Shown here: one piece after another, positions 38,427 to 52,429 of the stretch
Position numbering within the stretch: position 1 is the stretch's first letter
Layout of the letters: every line of letters begins with the position of its first letter
Assembly: GCF_037042905.1 (NCBI RefSeq)
Contig: NW_026974140.1
Location: 18,538,001-18,602,000 of the forward strand
Length of the DNA stretch: 64,000 bases
From: Lytechinus pictus
Taxonomy: Eukaryota
Direction: 5' to 3'
Notes under the pieces: generated by a model
What the model saw: only the letters and a program-made list of their open reading frames with translations
Databases searched by the model: none
What the model was told of the DNA's origin: nothing
Position numbers and translations under genes: made by a program

Positions 38427-40825
38427 AATACACAAGTTAGAGGCCATTAGTTTTGCAGAATAACAGTAATTGATTGTTCAGTTGATCACAATATCGTTTT
38501 CCAAAAGTACTCAAATTTCTTACAATTATTTCTTACCACACTAGCCCTCCCTCTTCTATGACATAAAATTCTTCCGCAACTTTATTTTTCTCTTTTTTTC
38601 ACTCTCTCTTACTACCCCTCTTGCTCTCCATCTCTCACTACTCCTGTCTCTATTTTCATACTTTTCCCTCCTTCTCTCATCAACATATATATACACACAT
38701 GAACACATCTCCAATTAAATCCTCATCATTTTTTAATGACTTCTTCCAAGGGGATGAAATATAGTCATTAAAACATAATGACCACTTTACATGGATGAAT
38801 ATAAGACCATATCCCCATAACATAGCATAGAGAATGATCACACAATTGTTTTGTATAATTGATTTGACATAATAACAAATATAATCAATTATGCGAATCA
38901 GCCCGATTATCAGTCATTTAACATTGTGTTCTAGGACCCTGACAGCTGCTTCACAGAGTTAAGAATGAATTAAGGTTGAATTCCAAATAAAAATTGCAAG
39001 CAATATTTACCATCATATTGGTTAGATTATGCTTACAATACTGGGCTCAGTAACACAAAAATAAGCGATCAATCGCTAAATGGACTGTCCAATTAAGATC
39101 AATGTTACATGCTTACTTGGTTCAAAATACGCACCAGGAACCAATCAGAAGTGTTCTTTCATTTTTGCTATTCATCTCTAAGGAGTGGAATTAAGTGTGA
39201 TTTCAAGGAGTGGAGCAGTAAGGCATTTCCAGTGAATTTCTTTGGTATTTACTACTTATTTTAAGATATCAATCCAAGGTTTCATTTTCACACCTCAAGC
39301 CTTGATAGCATGACTGACCAATCAGCTTATAGTTTAATTTTCCAAATCCCTTCAAAACCTTGACAGAAAGAATATCTCGCAAAGGGATGCTGGTGATTTG
39401 GTGGAGGAGGTGTTGAACACTCAATCCTTGTTCACACTCCAAAAACTTATCCAATCATCCATTAGCTTGGTAATTTGACTTTGAAAAAAAAAGAGATTGG
39501 TGCTATTCCTTATTCCACCAACATATTCTGCCCATGAAACAATATAAAATATTTTTCAAACCAAAAGTTGAAACTCCTTTGATGAAGTGAGATTTGATTA
39601 CATAAGCAACTTGAAATATGTTCATCAGGACATTATCATTCATACTGCAATCTGAATAAGAAAACTTAAATATATCGTCACGGTTAAAGTGATGTCAGAT
39701 GTCCTTCAAAGTGATTAAGTACATTAGCTTTACTTATCATTATCTTTCCTTAATATTGAGAAATACAAATATTTTGTTACAACACATGATCTTTTTTATT
39801 CTTCCATTCAATAGTTTTCCATTTGTTTAAGTAAATCAGATTCAAACCTTCACTAAAATTAATACCGTACTAGCTTAAATCGTTACATTATAACGTTTAA
39901 AGCAAGTACCGGTATTAATTCTATCGAAGGTTTAACCCTCATTAAATTGGGGAGCATTAGTGCATTAATATATTCAGAATAGACAAACTAACAGTTTCCT
40001 TTATTAATAAAATGAAAACAATTTTGACAAGAGTTTCCTTCTTTCATGTCCTGATGAGATTAGTCAAAAGGAAATTGACTGTTGCTTAGCACTTCACAAG
40101 TCACTGAATAATTACATTAATTATTTTACCGATTAAAGAAATGTTTATCAAAATTTATAACATTGCACATTGTACCCCATTTCAGAGTATTTCATTGTAC
40201 CACAAACTGTTTCTAAATTAGATTTATCTAAATGTATAAAAAATAAGTTTTGATCAGGAGAAACTGTCGAAAATTAGGTTATCAAGTCAAATGGATTTCA
40301 ATGAAGCTACATGTATCCTTCAAAATTGAGCAGAAAAAGCGGCAGGGTTTACAATCACAGTGATTATTCATCCCATCTAATAACACAACAAGTTTATTAT
40401 TTTGCTTTATTAATTATTATTAACTATATGTACTACATCTTTCATTAATTTCCTCTTTTTACCAATTTATGGCCCCCTCTTGGTAAAGTAATGATTGTGA
40501 ATATTAATTTAAGTATTTCATGCAATTTTTTTGAAAATTCAATATTAAACGAGAAAGTTCAAACTTGTTCTGATAAGCATCAGAAGAAAAAGTAGCAGTA
40601 GCAGTACGAGATGAATGAAAGATAATCAAAAAGCACAGGTATCCATCCCAAATGTAGCTTGCTTTCACTTCAAAGAAATGTAGACAATTTAAAAGATAGA
40701 ATAATAATCATAATAATAATGCAATTCTTGTAAAGTGCATATCACAATATGACATAACATCCCTTTGAAAACGATATTCATTGAATCTTAAATTTTTCAT
40801 TTTTTAAAGAGTCAGAATGATAATA

Positions 40826-42085
40826 TGGGGAAATTCACCCTGATGTCAAGTTGGTAAAAGCAAAAAAAGAGAGCATTTTAATGGAAGCTAACCAAATATC
40901 TATTAAAAACAACAAGAGTTACACCTTTGAATGTTGAATTATGTGATGTCACATGCTAGCAGTTCCCCCTAATTAATATGTCATGTAATATTCATGTAAA
41001 TTCCAAAAATTGCCATTGCTTAATGATTTATGATAATTTGATATACATGAATTTTTATAATTGTGTAAGAAATAAAGAATCCAACATTACTGCTTGCAAA
41101 GGTAAAATAAGTTTCAATTATCTGAGAAAGGGAACTTGACTTATTTCATATTTCTTGACATATGAGCAAGACGGTCACATGTACATGCGACATCAACAAT
41201 GAACCCGTTAAAATTCCATTATTAAATTAATGGACTTAACCCTAAATAGACTGGGCTATTTCGACGCCTAAGAAGACGGGGGGGGGGGGGGGGGCTGATT
41301 CAGCCCCCCCTTATGATCTCAGCCGTCGATTGCGCGATCGCGACGAAAATTGGCACGCGCATTACCCATGGCATTATCTACAAAACCATGATATCAAATT
41401 CTGCGAAAAATCTCATTGCTCATTAATTATGCTAATTTATGCATAAAATCATAAGTTTGCTCTAATTAATAAAATAATGCCCCTAGAATGCTAATTTTTG
41501 TTTCACATACTCTAGATACTGATAGGCATCTGATCAAATTTATTTTTCAAAAATTTCAACATCACATTTATTTTCTTATGTATTCTATTGTTTTCTAAAT
41601 TTCTTATGTATTTCCATGTTTTTCGACTTTTTGTGTTTTAATGTTTTTCAATGGAAATTGTCAGGGACTTTATTTTCACCATAAACAAGATCAAATTAAT
41701 TGATTTTAAGCAGTAAAAGGAAAAATAATGATACATTTTATGAATTTTGGCTAAAAACACTATTTGCATTGGATTTGTACACAAATTCATGTTTTTGAGT
41801 AATTTTTGGTCTGCATGCACTTTACGAAATGTTGCGTAAATTCGGAACCCTGTATCCGGGGGTCGCAATTCTGGTCTCAAAAGTTGCGCAAGGCTTGAAA
41901 ATAAAAAGTGAGCAAGCTACGCGGTAAAAAAAAATTTGAGCAGCGGATTTATCGTGAAAAATGTTGAGAGGGGGGCTGAATCAGCCCGCCCCCAGTCTTC
42001 TTAGGGTTAAGCCCAAAATTCTTTGATGTTTTTATTTTTCTGATTTTATTAACATCAACTTGACATCAGGATGTACTTTCCTTTA
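40826..42085. mobile_element. Old Kolobok-type element interrupted by a piggyBac-type MITE
   Basis: Inverted ends CCTGATGTCAAGTTG (~40839) / CAACTTGACATCAGG (~42056), right end CCTTTAA. Confidence 0.65.
41240..42006. mobile_element. piggyBac-type non-autonomous element
   Basis: TTAA-CCCTAA...TTAGGG-TTAA; subterminal GGGGGGCTGATTCAGCCCCCC palindromes at both ends. Confidence 0.88.
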
Positions 42086-42202
42086 ATAAAATCTTGACAG
42101 AGTACATCTTTGATAGGTCTTTAATAAAAATATATCAAAATAGAAATATCATTATATAGCTCAGATAATAAATTAGACATCCAAAATCTCCAAAACCCCC
42201 AA

Positions 42203-45200
42203 TTAATCAAACAACTTTTCTGATGCTGCCAGAAAAGTTTTTTCAAACTCCTTCTCTGAGAATCTTTCAACTGAACTCCTGGCAGCGAGTCTAATCTTCA
42301 TCCGTTCATCAGAGGTCATCTGAAGAATTTTCATCATTGTATCAGCATAACCCTCTTCACTATCAGCTAAGAACCCTGTTTGCTGGTCTTGATAAGGGAC
42401 TACTATATCCATCTTAGGACCACCAGAGTTGTGGGCGACAATGATGTTACCTGCTGCCATGCATTCTACCACACCTGAATAAGTAAAATTGAAAACAAAT
42501 CAAGTAAAGACATAACCATATATTTGAACTAAAATCCTAGAAGGTATAATGATGATGATAATATTATATGCAATTTGTTAGGCGCCATATTCATCCTGTA
42601 AGAGATGCTCAAGGCGCACAAGTGAAGGGGGGGGGCAAACAAAATTACAAGTAACAGAAAATAATTGATAAAATGAGTAAAAGATGTAAGTTTTTAGCTT
42701 AATCTTAGATGTTTCCACACACACTTGCTATTCCAGATCTCTTGTGGGAGGGAATTCCATAGTGAGGGCCCTGCATGGATGAAGGCCCTTTCACCCACTT
42801 ATGTTTTACAGTCGGAACGGTAAGGAGACCAGAGTCACTGGAGCGTAGAAGCCTAGATGGTGTGTAGGTGTGATTGAGAGCAGAGTTGGACTGTGGAGCA
42901 GAGCCATGAACTGAGTGATATACCAGTAAAAAAGGATTTTTTACGTTCACTCATGGGCAACCAATGTAAAGATTTAAGAACAGGAGTGATGTGGGTAAAT
43001 TTGTTACGAGTATAACTTTAAGGCTAGTTATCATCATTGGATATGGAGAACTGTTGAAGCAAGAGCAAAACACACCTCACTTTAGAGAATTACATTAACT
43101 GCCATGATGAACACCTATTTGCAACTGGATCAATATCATAGATCAGATATATCTGAGGCATGATTATAATTACCGTTAGAAGAGGGTATATAGGTTCCTT
43201 GTGGTTAAAAAATCACAACTAATTGAGGGAGAAAAATGTTTATAAGTAATTTGATTTGAATACCAAAGATGAAAAGTAACAAAAAGTGTATGTTTTTTTC
43301 TCTTATATCTCACAATGGTTTTATCAAAATATGATATTCATGATATTTCCGTCAATTAGGCTGAATTGCATTGGATTTACAAAATATAACAATATAATGA
43401 TACATGTACAATGACAGCAGTCACACTTTATATAATGTAATATTTACAAATAAAAAGATGAACACATTCAGTATCCTTACAGATGACCAAAACCAATTTA
43501 TCATGGTATCAGGGTGAACTTCCACTTTAATATATATTGGGAGGTTCAAAACCCACATGTTTTACACTACAGTTAAAGTACCATTGGTTATTATGGTTGG
43601 AGTAAAATGAAATGAAACTGAAAACAGAATAACAGATAGAAAATATTTTGTTTCTGTCAACAAATGTACTAAAATTGAACAATTACATTTTCATCCACAA
43701 GAGGATAATCTGAATACTATATCTTGTAAGTAATATCTTCTGGAGTTTTACACAACCTACCATACCAAATACCTTTTAATAGGAAGATACACTGAAGAAA
43801 AATGAATGATAGTTTGATACTAATGGGAGAGAAGATACAAAACAAACTTCTCATTACCTATTCCAAAATGCTCATTCCACATGGAGTGTAATCCTATAGT
43901 GGCTCCAGCTAGATGTGACTTCAGGTCTTCAAATGGAATGTTCAGTAGAAAGTCTACATGATCTGCCACACCAAGAGATGAAGACAGCGCCCTCAGATCA
44001 GCTACTCTACTCTCATCTCCAACATTCCGACAACTCCCAATCAGCTCAAGCCTGATTTTCATTTTTTCTTCCTGACTCAATTTCTTCATCAAAGCAGAGA
44101 ATGATTTCACCTGCAATGTGTGGTCTTTTTCAGGGCGGAACTGCGCAACCGAGGCAATGACTTTGATGCTCTTCTCTTCATCAGGAATGATCTGAAGGCT
44201 TGTGAACTCTTTGGTATCGCATGGTGGATAAACGATGCTAGGGTTTGTGGAAGACCCCCAGATGTCATTGATATGACCAAATGTCCAAGATGAGTTCACC
44301 ATGACAACATCCGATCGGGCACCCATTAATCCGTAAATGAAAGCAAACGCTTTGTAATAGAGGAGTTTGAGCTTGCTAAGTACTGGGTTACGTGCAATGA
44401 ATCCTTGATTATTGTATGAAGCAGTTCGGTCAGCAACCCTTGACAGCATATCTGTGCTGATTGTGGGGTAATGGACGTAGCAACCGACCCTGCACTTTGC
44501 AAGAAAGCGAAACAATGGCAGTGTGAAGGCATATCCCATGGTGTCTATATACACATCAGGAACATATTTAAACAAGGCTTCCATTCCAAGAAGCATGGAC
44601 CCTAAGCTCTGCCCAAGGAGAGTTAGGAATGGATAGGTCTTTGCTTCAACAAGGAATCTGTTCTTTAGAAACACAAACTCTACAGGTCTTGGTAGGGTGA
44701 TATTAAATCTCTGCTTAGCTTTCTCTATAATGTCATTCCCAGTTGCTTCTGTATCCCCAGAGTAAACCACACATTGAATATGAGGATATCTGGAGAATGT
44801 GAGAAAAACAAAATACATTTGTAGTTGAAAACAAAAGTTATGAAACTAAATCAGAATTTTTGTTTATGGGGAATGGGTTCATCCTGTGTGGCATCCCTTC
44901 GCTCTACTACTTAAGCAAATTATTAATTCAGTTAATTTAAGCAATACCTCAGTCGCATTTGCTCTATGGCGGCCGTACAGTGAGTCGAAAATAGCTTTTT
45001 TATCATTTTTTGTAATAGCTACATATACGTAGTTTAAATACAAATGAATAAAACAGCTGTTTTCGACTCACCAAATGGCCGCCATAGAGCAAATGTGACC
45101 CGAGGTATAAGGAGACTGGAATTCATAGCACTTTGTCAAGAAACTATTCCAGTAAAAACAGTAGCAAAAATGTAAAAAAATGTTATTCAATCAAATATTA

Positions 45201-47298
45201 CTTTACACCTAATAAAAATATTAGAGGTGTTTGAGTCTCTAATAAAATCTTACTAGATCATAGAGAAAGACACTAAACTCATACACTCTCGATATACAGG
45301 GTTGCATGCATTGCATTTAGTAAATAAAGTTCTATTCTACACGATCATCTTTACATGTATGTCCCTACAATGTTGAGCTATAAAATGCCAGCTAAATTTC
45401 TTGTGAGATTCATTTTGTCCTTTATAGCATTAATAATGGATTGGTCAATCATCAAACAGAATATAAGAGCTATGGGGGGGATAATTGGAAATTCCACTAG
45501 GTTTGCCACAAGGTCAGGATTTTTCAAGAGTCATTCTTTGTAAATACCGTAAGGGACAAGGACAACTCTCCCTCTTTAATTGTTAATAGCCCTTCCTTGG
45601 AAACATTTTCATTTCATTTCATTTCATTTCATTTCATTTCATTTCATTTATTTCACATTAAAAACCAATACACACAATTACAAAAGACAGAAAAGGAAAT
45701 TACTCCATGTATATATAAAAGAGAGAGAGAGAAAGAAAGAAAAAAAAAAAAAACATACAACAAAATTAAAGTACGATGGTAAATAATGTGACCGGGGCTA
45801 GAAAAAGCAGAGCTTATCGAGTCTAGCCCCGGCAGAAATGGAGAATACGAGAAGGAAGGAGAGGCCCACCCCGGGAGCACGTACGGTCAGAGGCATTATG
45901 CACTCTGATCGTGACCAACTAAGCTCCTGGAGTAGCTCTCTCCTCCAGTGAACACTTTAAAATCAACCTAATGGAAATAAGGGGGGGGGGACAGAAAAAA
46001 AGGGAATTAAAACGAGTTACACACTGATTTTGATTAATGATTATTTAGAATTGCACAGATACCTTTTGTATTTCATCTTAAACTGCCGTAATGACGGACT
46101 TTGTTTGATGTTATCATCTAAAGCAGACCATACTAGATAGCCCTGATACTTCACACTTCTCTGTCCTGTAGTGGTCCTGAAATATATGCTATGTAATTTC
46201 TTTGAGTTACGAGTATTGTGACAATGAACATCACTATTGCATTTAAACCAATTTTGGAGTGATTTTGGTAGTAATCCCTTTTCAGACCTGTACATGAATT
46301 CTCCAAGTTGTAACTTACACAATTCGTATATAGTTAGTACTCTAAATTGTTTAAAAAGGTCTTTTGTGTGAGCCAGATAATGAGTTTTACCAATTATACG
46401 TAATGCACGCTTTTGCAACAGATATAATCGATTTAACAATGTATTTGATGCATTCATCCAAAGCATATTCCCATATTGTAAGTGAGGTAGAACCAAGGTA
46501 TTGTATAACAAGAGTAATACATTTGATGGTAGTACAAATTTCAGCTTTGACATAACGCCAATTATTCTTGATATCTTCAGTGCGATATCGTTAACATGTA
46601 AAGACCATGATAATTTGTCATCAATACTTACTCCCAAAAAACGGGTACTACTCACTTGCTTTAAGGGTTCTGATGAGTCCGCAAACTTAAGTGAAAGTAA
46701 GCTCTTATCATATTGTTTATTACATGGGACAAAATGCATGAAATTTGTTTTGTCAATGTTTATCCTTAACCCATTAACTTTATACCAATCATTTACATTT
46801 TGTATTTCTTTATTCATGTTTTGTATTAAGGTACCTAGGTCTTTTGCACTTGCAAACACATTAGTGTCGTCAGCAAAATTAGTGTCGTCAATCGAAATGA
46901 AAGCAATTGCAATTTTTAATGAGTCATTTCAGACGCAGTACACTTTTCATTTCATCAATAAGTTAGAACTGGATACAGAAGAAACATTTTGCTGAACAAA
47001 CTATTCCAGACCCAGTAACAAAATGATATCTTAATTGAGTAGTTTTACTTTTTTTACTGTAGTACATGTAAGTTGTAATTGTTAATTACCTGGTTTGTAA
47101 AGCTCTGATTGCACACCATAGCACCCTCTCTCCTCCTCCACCAGCATTACAGTATGGATGAAAGAATCCAACAGTGATAGGCTTCTTCCCATCTGGACCA
47201 GGCTGTGATGGTTGAAAAGAACGCACACTCTCAACTTTACGACGCAGTGCCATGAAGAGCACCAGGGCCAGAAGTACCACCACTACAAGCAGGATCAT
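42203..47298 (-). CDS. ALG11: GDP-Man:Man3GlcNAc2-PP-Dol alpha-1,2-mannosyltransferase, ~470 aa
   Basis: Exons (minus): 47298-47090 (acceptor at 47301), 44789-43858, 42474-42203; 1413 nt. Motifs: N-terminal hydrophobic anchor, [76 protein letters not shown]. Start codon could lie in an upstream exon. Confidence 0.96.
42550..43015 (-). mobile_element. Degraded L2-like LINE 3' fragment in an ALG11 intron
   Basis: [13 protein letters not shown]-like and [10 protein letters not shown]-like translations; GCGCCTTGAGCATC...GGCGCC 3' stem. Confidence 0.75.
44945..45107. mobile_element. MITE with ~50-bp terminal inverted repeats
   Basis: TACCTCAGTCGCATTTGCTCTATGGCGGCC / GGCCGCCATAGAGCAAATGTGACCCGAGGTA. 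Confidence 0.8.
45607..46890 (-). mobile_element. 5'-truncated CR1/L2-group LINE with open ORF2 C-terminus and (TGAAA)n tail
   Basis: FADDTN then 272-aa open frame 46859-46041; 3' stem-loop CCGGGGCTAGA/TCTAGCCCCGG 45792-45832; (TTTCA)n at 45607-45645. Confidence 0.92.
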
Positions 47299-47689
47299 GT
47301 CTGAATGGTTGAAATAAAGAAATATGAACATCAAAATGCCCATCTCATTAAGTTTATTCCAAGCAAGTTACTAATGAACCTCAAATCTAGTAGTCAGTGA
47401 AGAACCATGGTACTTTGATAGGGAGAATGACCTATTTTTTCTCAATTAAATTAGAGGAGGAATATATGGTTACAAAATCAATACCTCTCCATTTGATGCT
47501 TTTTGTTAGTTTCTCTTCCTTTTCTTCTCCTTTAATTTCACTGCTTGAACAATTTATATTGAGCGGTCCCTCTAACTGACCCCCCCACGAGCCCCTTCTG
47601 GTCACGTCAGCGGCACCACCCCTATTACATACTTAGAGGTGATAACCTTTACATCAGCTTTTTCCAATCTAGACTAGGATTGGATGTTT

Positions 47690-48840
47690 GGGCCCTGTCT
47701 TACAAAGAGTTATGATTGATCCAATCAATCTCAACTGTATGGAAATCCATCCAGACCATAATTTCTCCTTAGTAAACAAAGAGCATCACACTGAATTTTC
47801 AAATGAACGATGAATATATGAGTATACATCATATCTAGAAAAAAATTTGAACAAATCTGCATTTTCGATGTTGACGTTACTGGCCATCCATAGTTGTGAT
47901 TGATTGGATCAATCACAAGTCTTTGTAAGACAGGGCCATGGTGGCATCTGGGCCTCATCTAACAAAGAGATACAATTGATATGATCAACTGTATTAGAAA
48001 TAATAATAACATTTATAGGGCACTTTTTACGGGTGTTTCAAAGTGCACAGGTGGGCTGACTGAAGTAAACAATGAATCTATTTTTTAAAAAAAAACATGC
48101 TAGTGTTGAGAAAAGATGAGTTTTTAGTGAGGATTTGAAAATCTCAACAGTGGGAGCATTTTGAATATGGGTTGGGAGCTTGTTCCACAGAGCTGGGGCA
48201 ATAACAGAAAAAACAAAATCACCATATTTGGTCTTTGTGCGAGGGCCGTGGTTTAAATTAGATGAAAAAGATGAGCGGAGGGATCTGACTGACAAAGAGG
48301 AACAAAGGGAGACTAGCTCCTGGAGAAACTTGAGTGCCATATTATGATTAATTTTGTAGACAATAAGAATATTGAAGGTTATGCGAGAGTTTAGGCTACC
48401 GGAAGCCAATGGAGAGATCGTAAAACAGGGGAGATGTGTTCAGTGTTCTTTGTTAGCGTAACCATTCTTGCTGCAGAGTTCAGGATTCGCTGGAGAGAGA
48501 TGGAAGAAACGGGGAGGCTGGCAAAAAGGGAGTTTCAGTAGTCGATATGTTATGAGACGAAAGCATGAATGACTTTTTCAGTTGAGGCTTGGTCGAGAAG
48601 TTGCCTGATCTTTCCAATTCCAAATCCATCAATGTCATTATTTTTTCAACTGGAAATTTGCACAGTGTCCATGATAAACAAAGAGATTAGAGATGCACAC
48701 TCAATTTTTAAGAAATTGATGAATGTGTGAATATCCAACATCTAGAAATGAACAAACATGCATAATCTTTGTTGAAGTTGCTGGCTTTCCATAGTTGGAG
48801 TTGATCATATCAATCACCACTCTTTGTAAGATGGGGCCCA
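47690..48840. mobile_element. Two adjacent related Harbinger-like MITEs (47690-47937; 47948-48840), the second split by an L2 fragment (~48000-48620, minus)
   Basis: GGCCCTGTCTTACAAAGA/TCTTTGTAAGACAGGGCC; TGGGCCTCATCTAACAAAGAG/CTCTTTGTAAGATGGGGCCCA; insert encodes FSVIAPALWNKLP...FKSSLKTHLF. Confidence 0.8.
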
Positions 48841-49839
48841 AAAGATGGTCTTGTGTTGTTGTGGGCATCATTGGGAAGACAAATGAGAGTGGTCTCTTTA
48901 CTTCAGATTATGCAAGGTTGCCATAGTACCATAACTGATGGCAAGGTTCCACAATAACTTTTTTTCTTGGTGGCCTGATCGGTCCATCAAAATCATCAAT
49001 TTCATATTTTTGGTGGCCCGAAAAGCAAATTTGGTGGCCTTTAAACAATATAAAAAAACAGTCAAATGTATTGCTGTACAGTACATTGTACATGCGTGAC
49101 CAAATTATTTCCAAACACCCCCTACACAAGTTTTTCTCTGTGTGCAAAATAACCCCCTAAACAAGTTTTTCGCTGGCTTCATTTTCACATTTTTTCCCCT
49201 AAACAAGTTGTCACCAGAATATGACCTCTAAACAAGTTTTGTCTTGGGCCCGAACACTTTTAAAAAATGAGCAAAAAGCTCTGGGGAAAAAGCTTGGGGA
49301 AAAAACTACTAGTTATTATGGAGAGAGTTAAGCCGTGCCTGCACCTCTCACATGCGGTGCTCGCGCTTGATGATTTTGGCAGGGCTGGGGAACTGAGATG
49401 TCTCATCACAGCACAGGGGTCTTGCGAGCGGGGCTGGGCGGCTTCTGAGCTGAACTTTTGTCATTCAGAGTAGGATATCTAGAGAACTGAAAATTAGGTC
49501 TGAAAAGGGGGTCATCAAAGAGGCACGTCCCCGTACCACCAATATATGCGAAGGTAATACATGATTATAAATAATTATTATTATAATAATAATTATTTAT
49601 AATCACGTATTAAATTTTAGTATTTGTTAAATAATAATTTTTATATAAAAATTGTTCTTCAAAATGGCATTTCATAACATCGCTACGTCATAACGAAGCG
49701 GTTCAAGGGTCAGACCTATTGTATTTGCTTTGTTGACAAACAGATCGAGGGATCTACATGAGATCGGTCTGGCAAGAAACCTTCAATTTTTTGCTTTTTC
49801 ATTATTCAATTTTGGAAACCTTGATACGCATTAGGCGTA

Positions 49840-50792
49840 TGATCTGTATCTGTGTTGACGTACAATCACCAGCATCTGGTTGTCGCGTACGTTTGGGTTT
49901 AGGGGTCAAGCGCTAAACAATTAATTTTGGTAGTGTGCTTTTGAGACGAGGGTGTTTATGTCCAAACTTTCAAGTTTGAGTTTTGAATACTCCTACATCT
50001 TTAGAATTTCTGATATCCTCACCAAGAAGGTTCCATTCTGGGATGGTCTTGGGATACAGGGAGTGTCGGTAGTAGTCTTTATTTGATCTTATAACGTTGA
50101 ATTTGAGAGTTCCCTTTTGTCTGGTTCGATATCTACAACTGGTTAGGTTTTGAGATTGAAGGTGGGCTGATATGTTGGAGGGTACAAATCCATGTGTCTC
50201 TTTGTACAAGGTTGTCAGTCTAGCCTTACTTCTGCGGACTTTCAGTGTGTCCCACTTTAGTTTTTGTAGCATCTTGGTGACACTAAATTCCCTGCTGTAA
50301 TCCTTCAAAGTGAATCTAGCTGCTCTATGTTGAACCCGTTCTAACTTGTCATGGTCTGATTTGTGTTGTGGATCCCAAACTGCTGCGCAGTATTCCAACC
50401 TTGGTCGTATTAGAGATTTGTATACAATGTCCTTTGTACGAGTGCTGCAAGAGTGCAGATTTCTCTTTAAGAGCCCCAACATCTTATTGGCTTTTGATGA
50501 GATTTGGTCAATATGAGTTGACCAACATAGGTCCCTTGATAACTCCACACCGAGATAGGGATGTTGCACTTCTTCTAATGTGACATTACCGAGCCTATAG
50601 TTGACTTGGATTGGTTTTCTCTTATGTGTGATTCTCATATGAAAACATTTAGAGGCATTGAATGACATCTGCCAATCCTTTTCCCATGTAGTTAGTTTGT
50701 TAAGATCCCCTTGCAAGATTTCTGTGTCCCTAGTATCATGTATGTCTCTGTATACAATACAGTCTTCTGCAAAAAGCCGAACATTGGAAGGT
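49840..50792 (-). mobile_element. 5'-truncated LINE reverse transcriptase fragment (RTE-X/CR1-like)
   Basis: RLFAEDCIVY, WQMSFNASKC, LIRPRLEYCAAVWDP, LERVQHRAARF, SLYPKTIPEWN. Confidence 0.92.
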
Positions 50793-50977
50793 GTAAAAAT
50801 AAATAAAATAAAAAATATTTACGTGATTTTTATCTTAAAAGATGGATTTCCTAGGGAAATCCATCTTTGTTTACATGTGTCTCTTATACATATATGGCAG
50901 GCAGTTCAAGGCTCCATGTCTGAAGAAGTATACCCGGTATGTCAAAATATTAAAAAATATCAGACATGGGTCATTGG

Positions 50978-51096
50978 TAGTCTTGAGGACTCCATGATGA
51001 TGTCTTTTTAAAAAACTTTGACATATACTTCTTCATCATGAAGAAGTATATGTCAAAGTTTTTAAAAAAGACATCATCATGGAGTCCTCAAGACTA
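50978..51096. mobile_element. 119-bp palindromic MITE, TAGTCT...AGACTA, 9-bp target duplication
   Basis: Two 59-bp arms around C51037 with one mismatch; GGTCATTGG at 50969-50977 and 51097-51105. Confidence 0.92.
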
Positions 51097-51566
51097 GGTC
51101 ATTGGGTGAGTCCTCAATGCCAACTACGTGCTACGGCCTGGAATCATAGGCTAAAAACGAAAGACATGTCAACATCCCTCCTCTCCTTTTCAATGCTTTC
51201 TTTTCCATTTCTTCTTCCTCCTCATCTTCTTTGTGTTTTAGTTTTTCCTTCTTCTAATTTCTTCTTCTCTCTTTTTCCTTTCTCATTTCTTCTTCATGTC
51301 TTTCTTCAAAAAAATTTCTTTTTCTTCTCCTCTTTTGATCTTTTTTTTCTTTAAATTCTTCAACTCATGTTCTTGTTCAGTTCAAAATCCTCCTCACGTC
51401 ACCTCCTTCTTCTTTTCCACGGTCACGACAGCACAAACATAAAATAAACAAGGAAAACAGCCACACATATACGCGCGCAGAAATAAGCACACCAGTCAAG
51501 TTCATTTCGACAACAAACACTAATCTGAATACGTGGGGATATGCTCGCACAAAGCATGCTAAATCA

Positions 51567-52009
51567 TAGACCAAAAGCTTCGGTCTCTGTTATGTTGGTT
51601 GTTCAGCTGAACTCCGTTGGCTTCACTCACCAAATACAGAGACCGAAGTTCTAGCGCGATCTGTACAGGGGACTCAATGGCCATATGTTTATGTACCTAA
51701 GATCGGATAAAACGGGGAAGTGAATTTGCGCGACAGCCGAGGTAAGTCACTGTTTTTGTTCCCTTTAACTCGATTTTTCTCCGTTTCTTGGCAATTAATG
51801 CCAAGAGGGAATATCAATTTGCATTTTGGTCGCATTAATTTTCAAAATTTTTATTGATTAAAGACAAAAATTGAAGAGCCCCGACGGGGGGATTTTGCAT
51901 TGCAAGTCCCCTAATGGTGGCTGCACGCTAGCGAGCCGTCTGTGTATGAGGAGAACTTTAAAAAAAAATGTTAAAAAACTCCTCAAAACAGACGGCTGCC
52001 AGCTGTCTA
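51567..52009 (-). mobile_element. TAGAC...GTCTA element with 9-bp target duplication (AcademH-like), copy 2
   Basis: GCTAAATCA at 51558-51566 and 52010-52018; reverse complement of 16992-17440. Confidence 0.88.
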
Positions 52010-52064
52010 GCTAAATCACATCATTTTAAAACATGTTTGTGATATCTTATTATAATTTACTTAC

Positions 52065-52200
52065 TTTTTAGACAGTATTCAATGTTCCACCTGTAATTTT
52101 GTAGAAATAATAAACCAGAGTCTTTGATCAGCAAGGAAATATTAGCGTTTTAAATCAAATCGAATATCGACAGATGATACACGTCATAGCAGACAGAAGA
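52065..52200 (-). other. ALG11: Candidate non-coding first exon of ALG11
   Basis: Minus-strand donor AAA|GTAAGT at 52064; the ATG exon has an acceptor at 47301; ATGACGTGT (minus) at ~52179-52187. Confidence 0.35.
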
Positions 52201-52429
52201 AGAGTCGACAGAGGGCTTTTCAATTTCCCGGGTTAAATTTATCCTACTGGAATTAAAAAGGAAAAGACGCTGATTACTAGTATTACCACATGAAATCATA
52301 ATTAAAACTATATTTCTTCATTATTGGTGGACAAAATTAGAATACATAGATCTAGTCATTATTGATGAGCGGGGATAGACATCATCATGGGGCATCATTA
52401 TCTTCCTTTTCAAACGGTGAATTGAAAAT

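Noticed and set aside
47299-47343. ALG11 N-terminus [15 protein letters not shown] from the ORF track
   Set aside because: It reads through a polypyrimidine tract and CAG acceptor at 47301, so it is most likely intronic.
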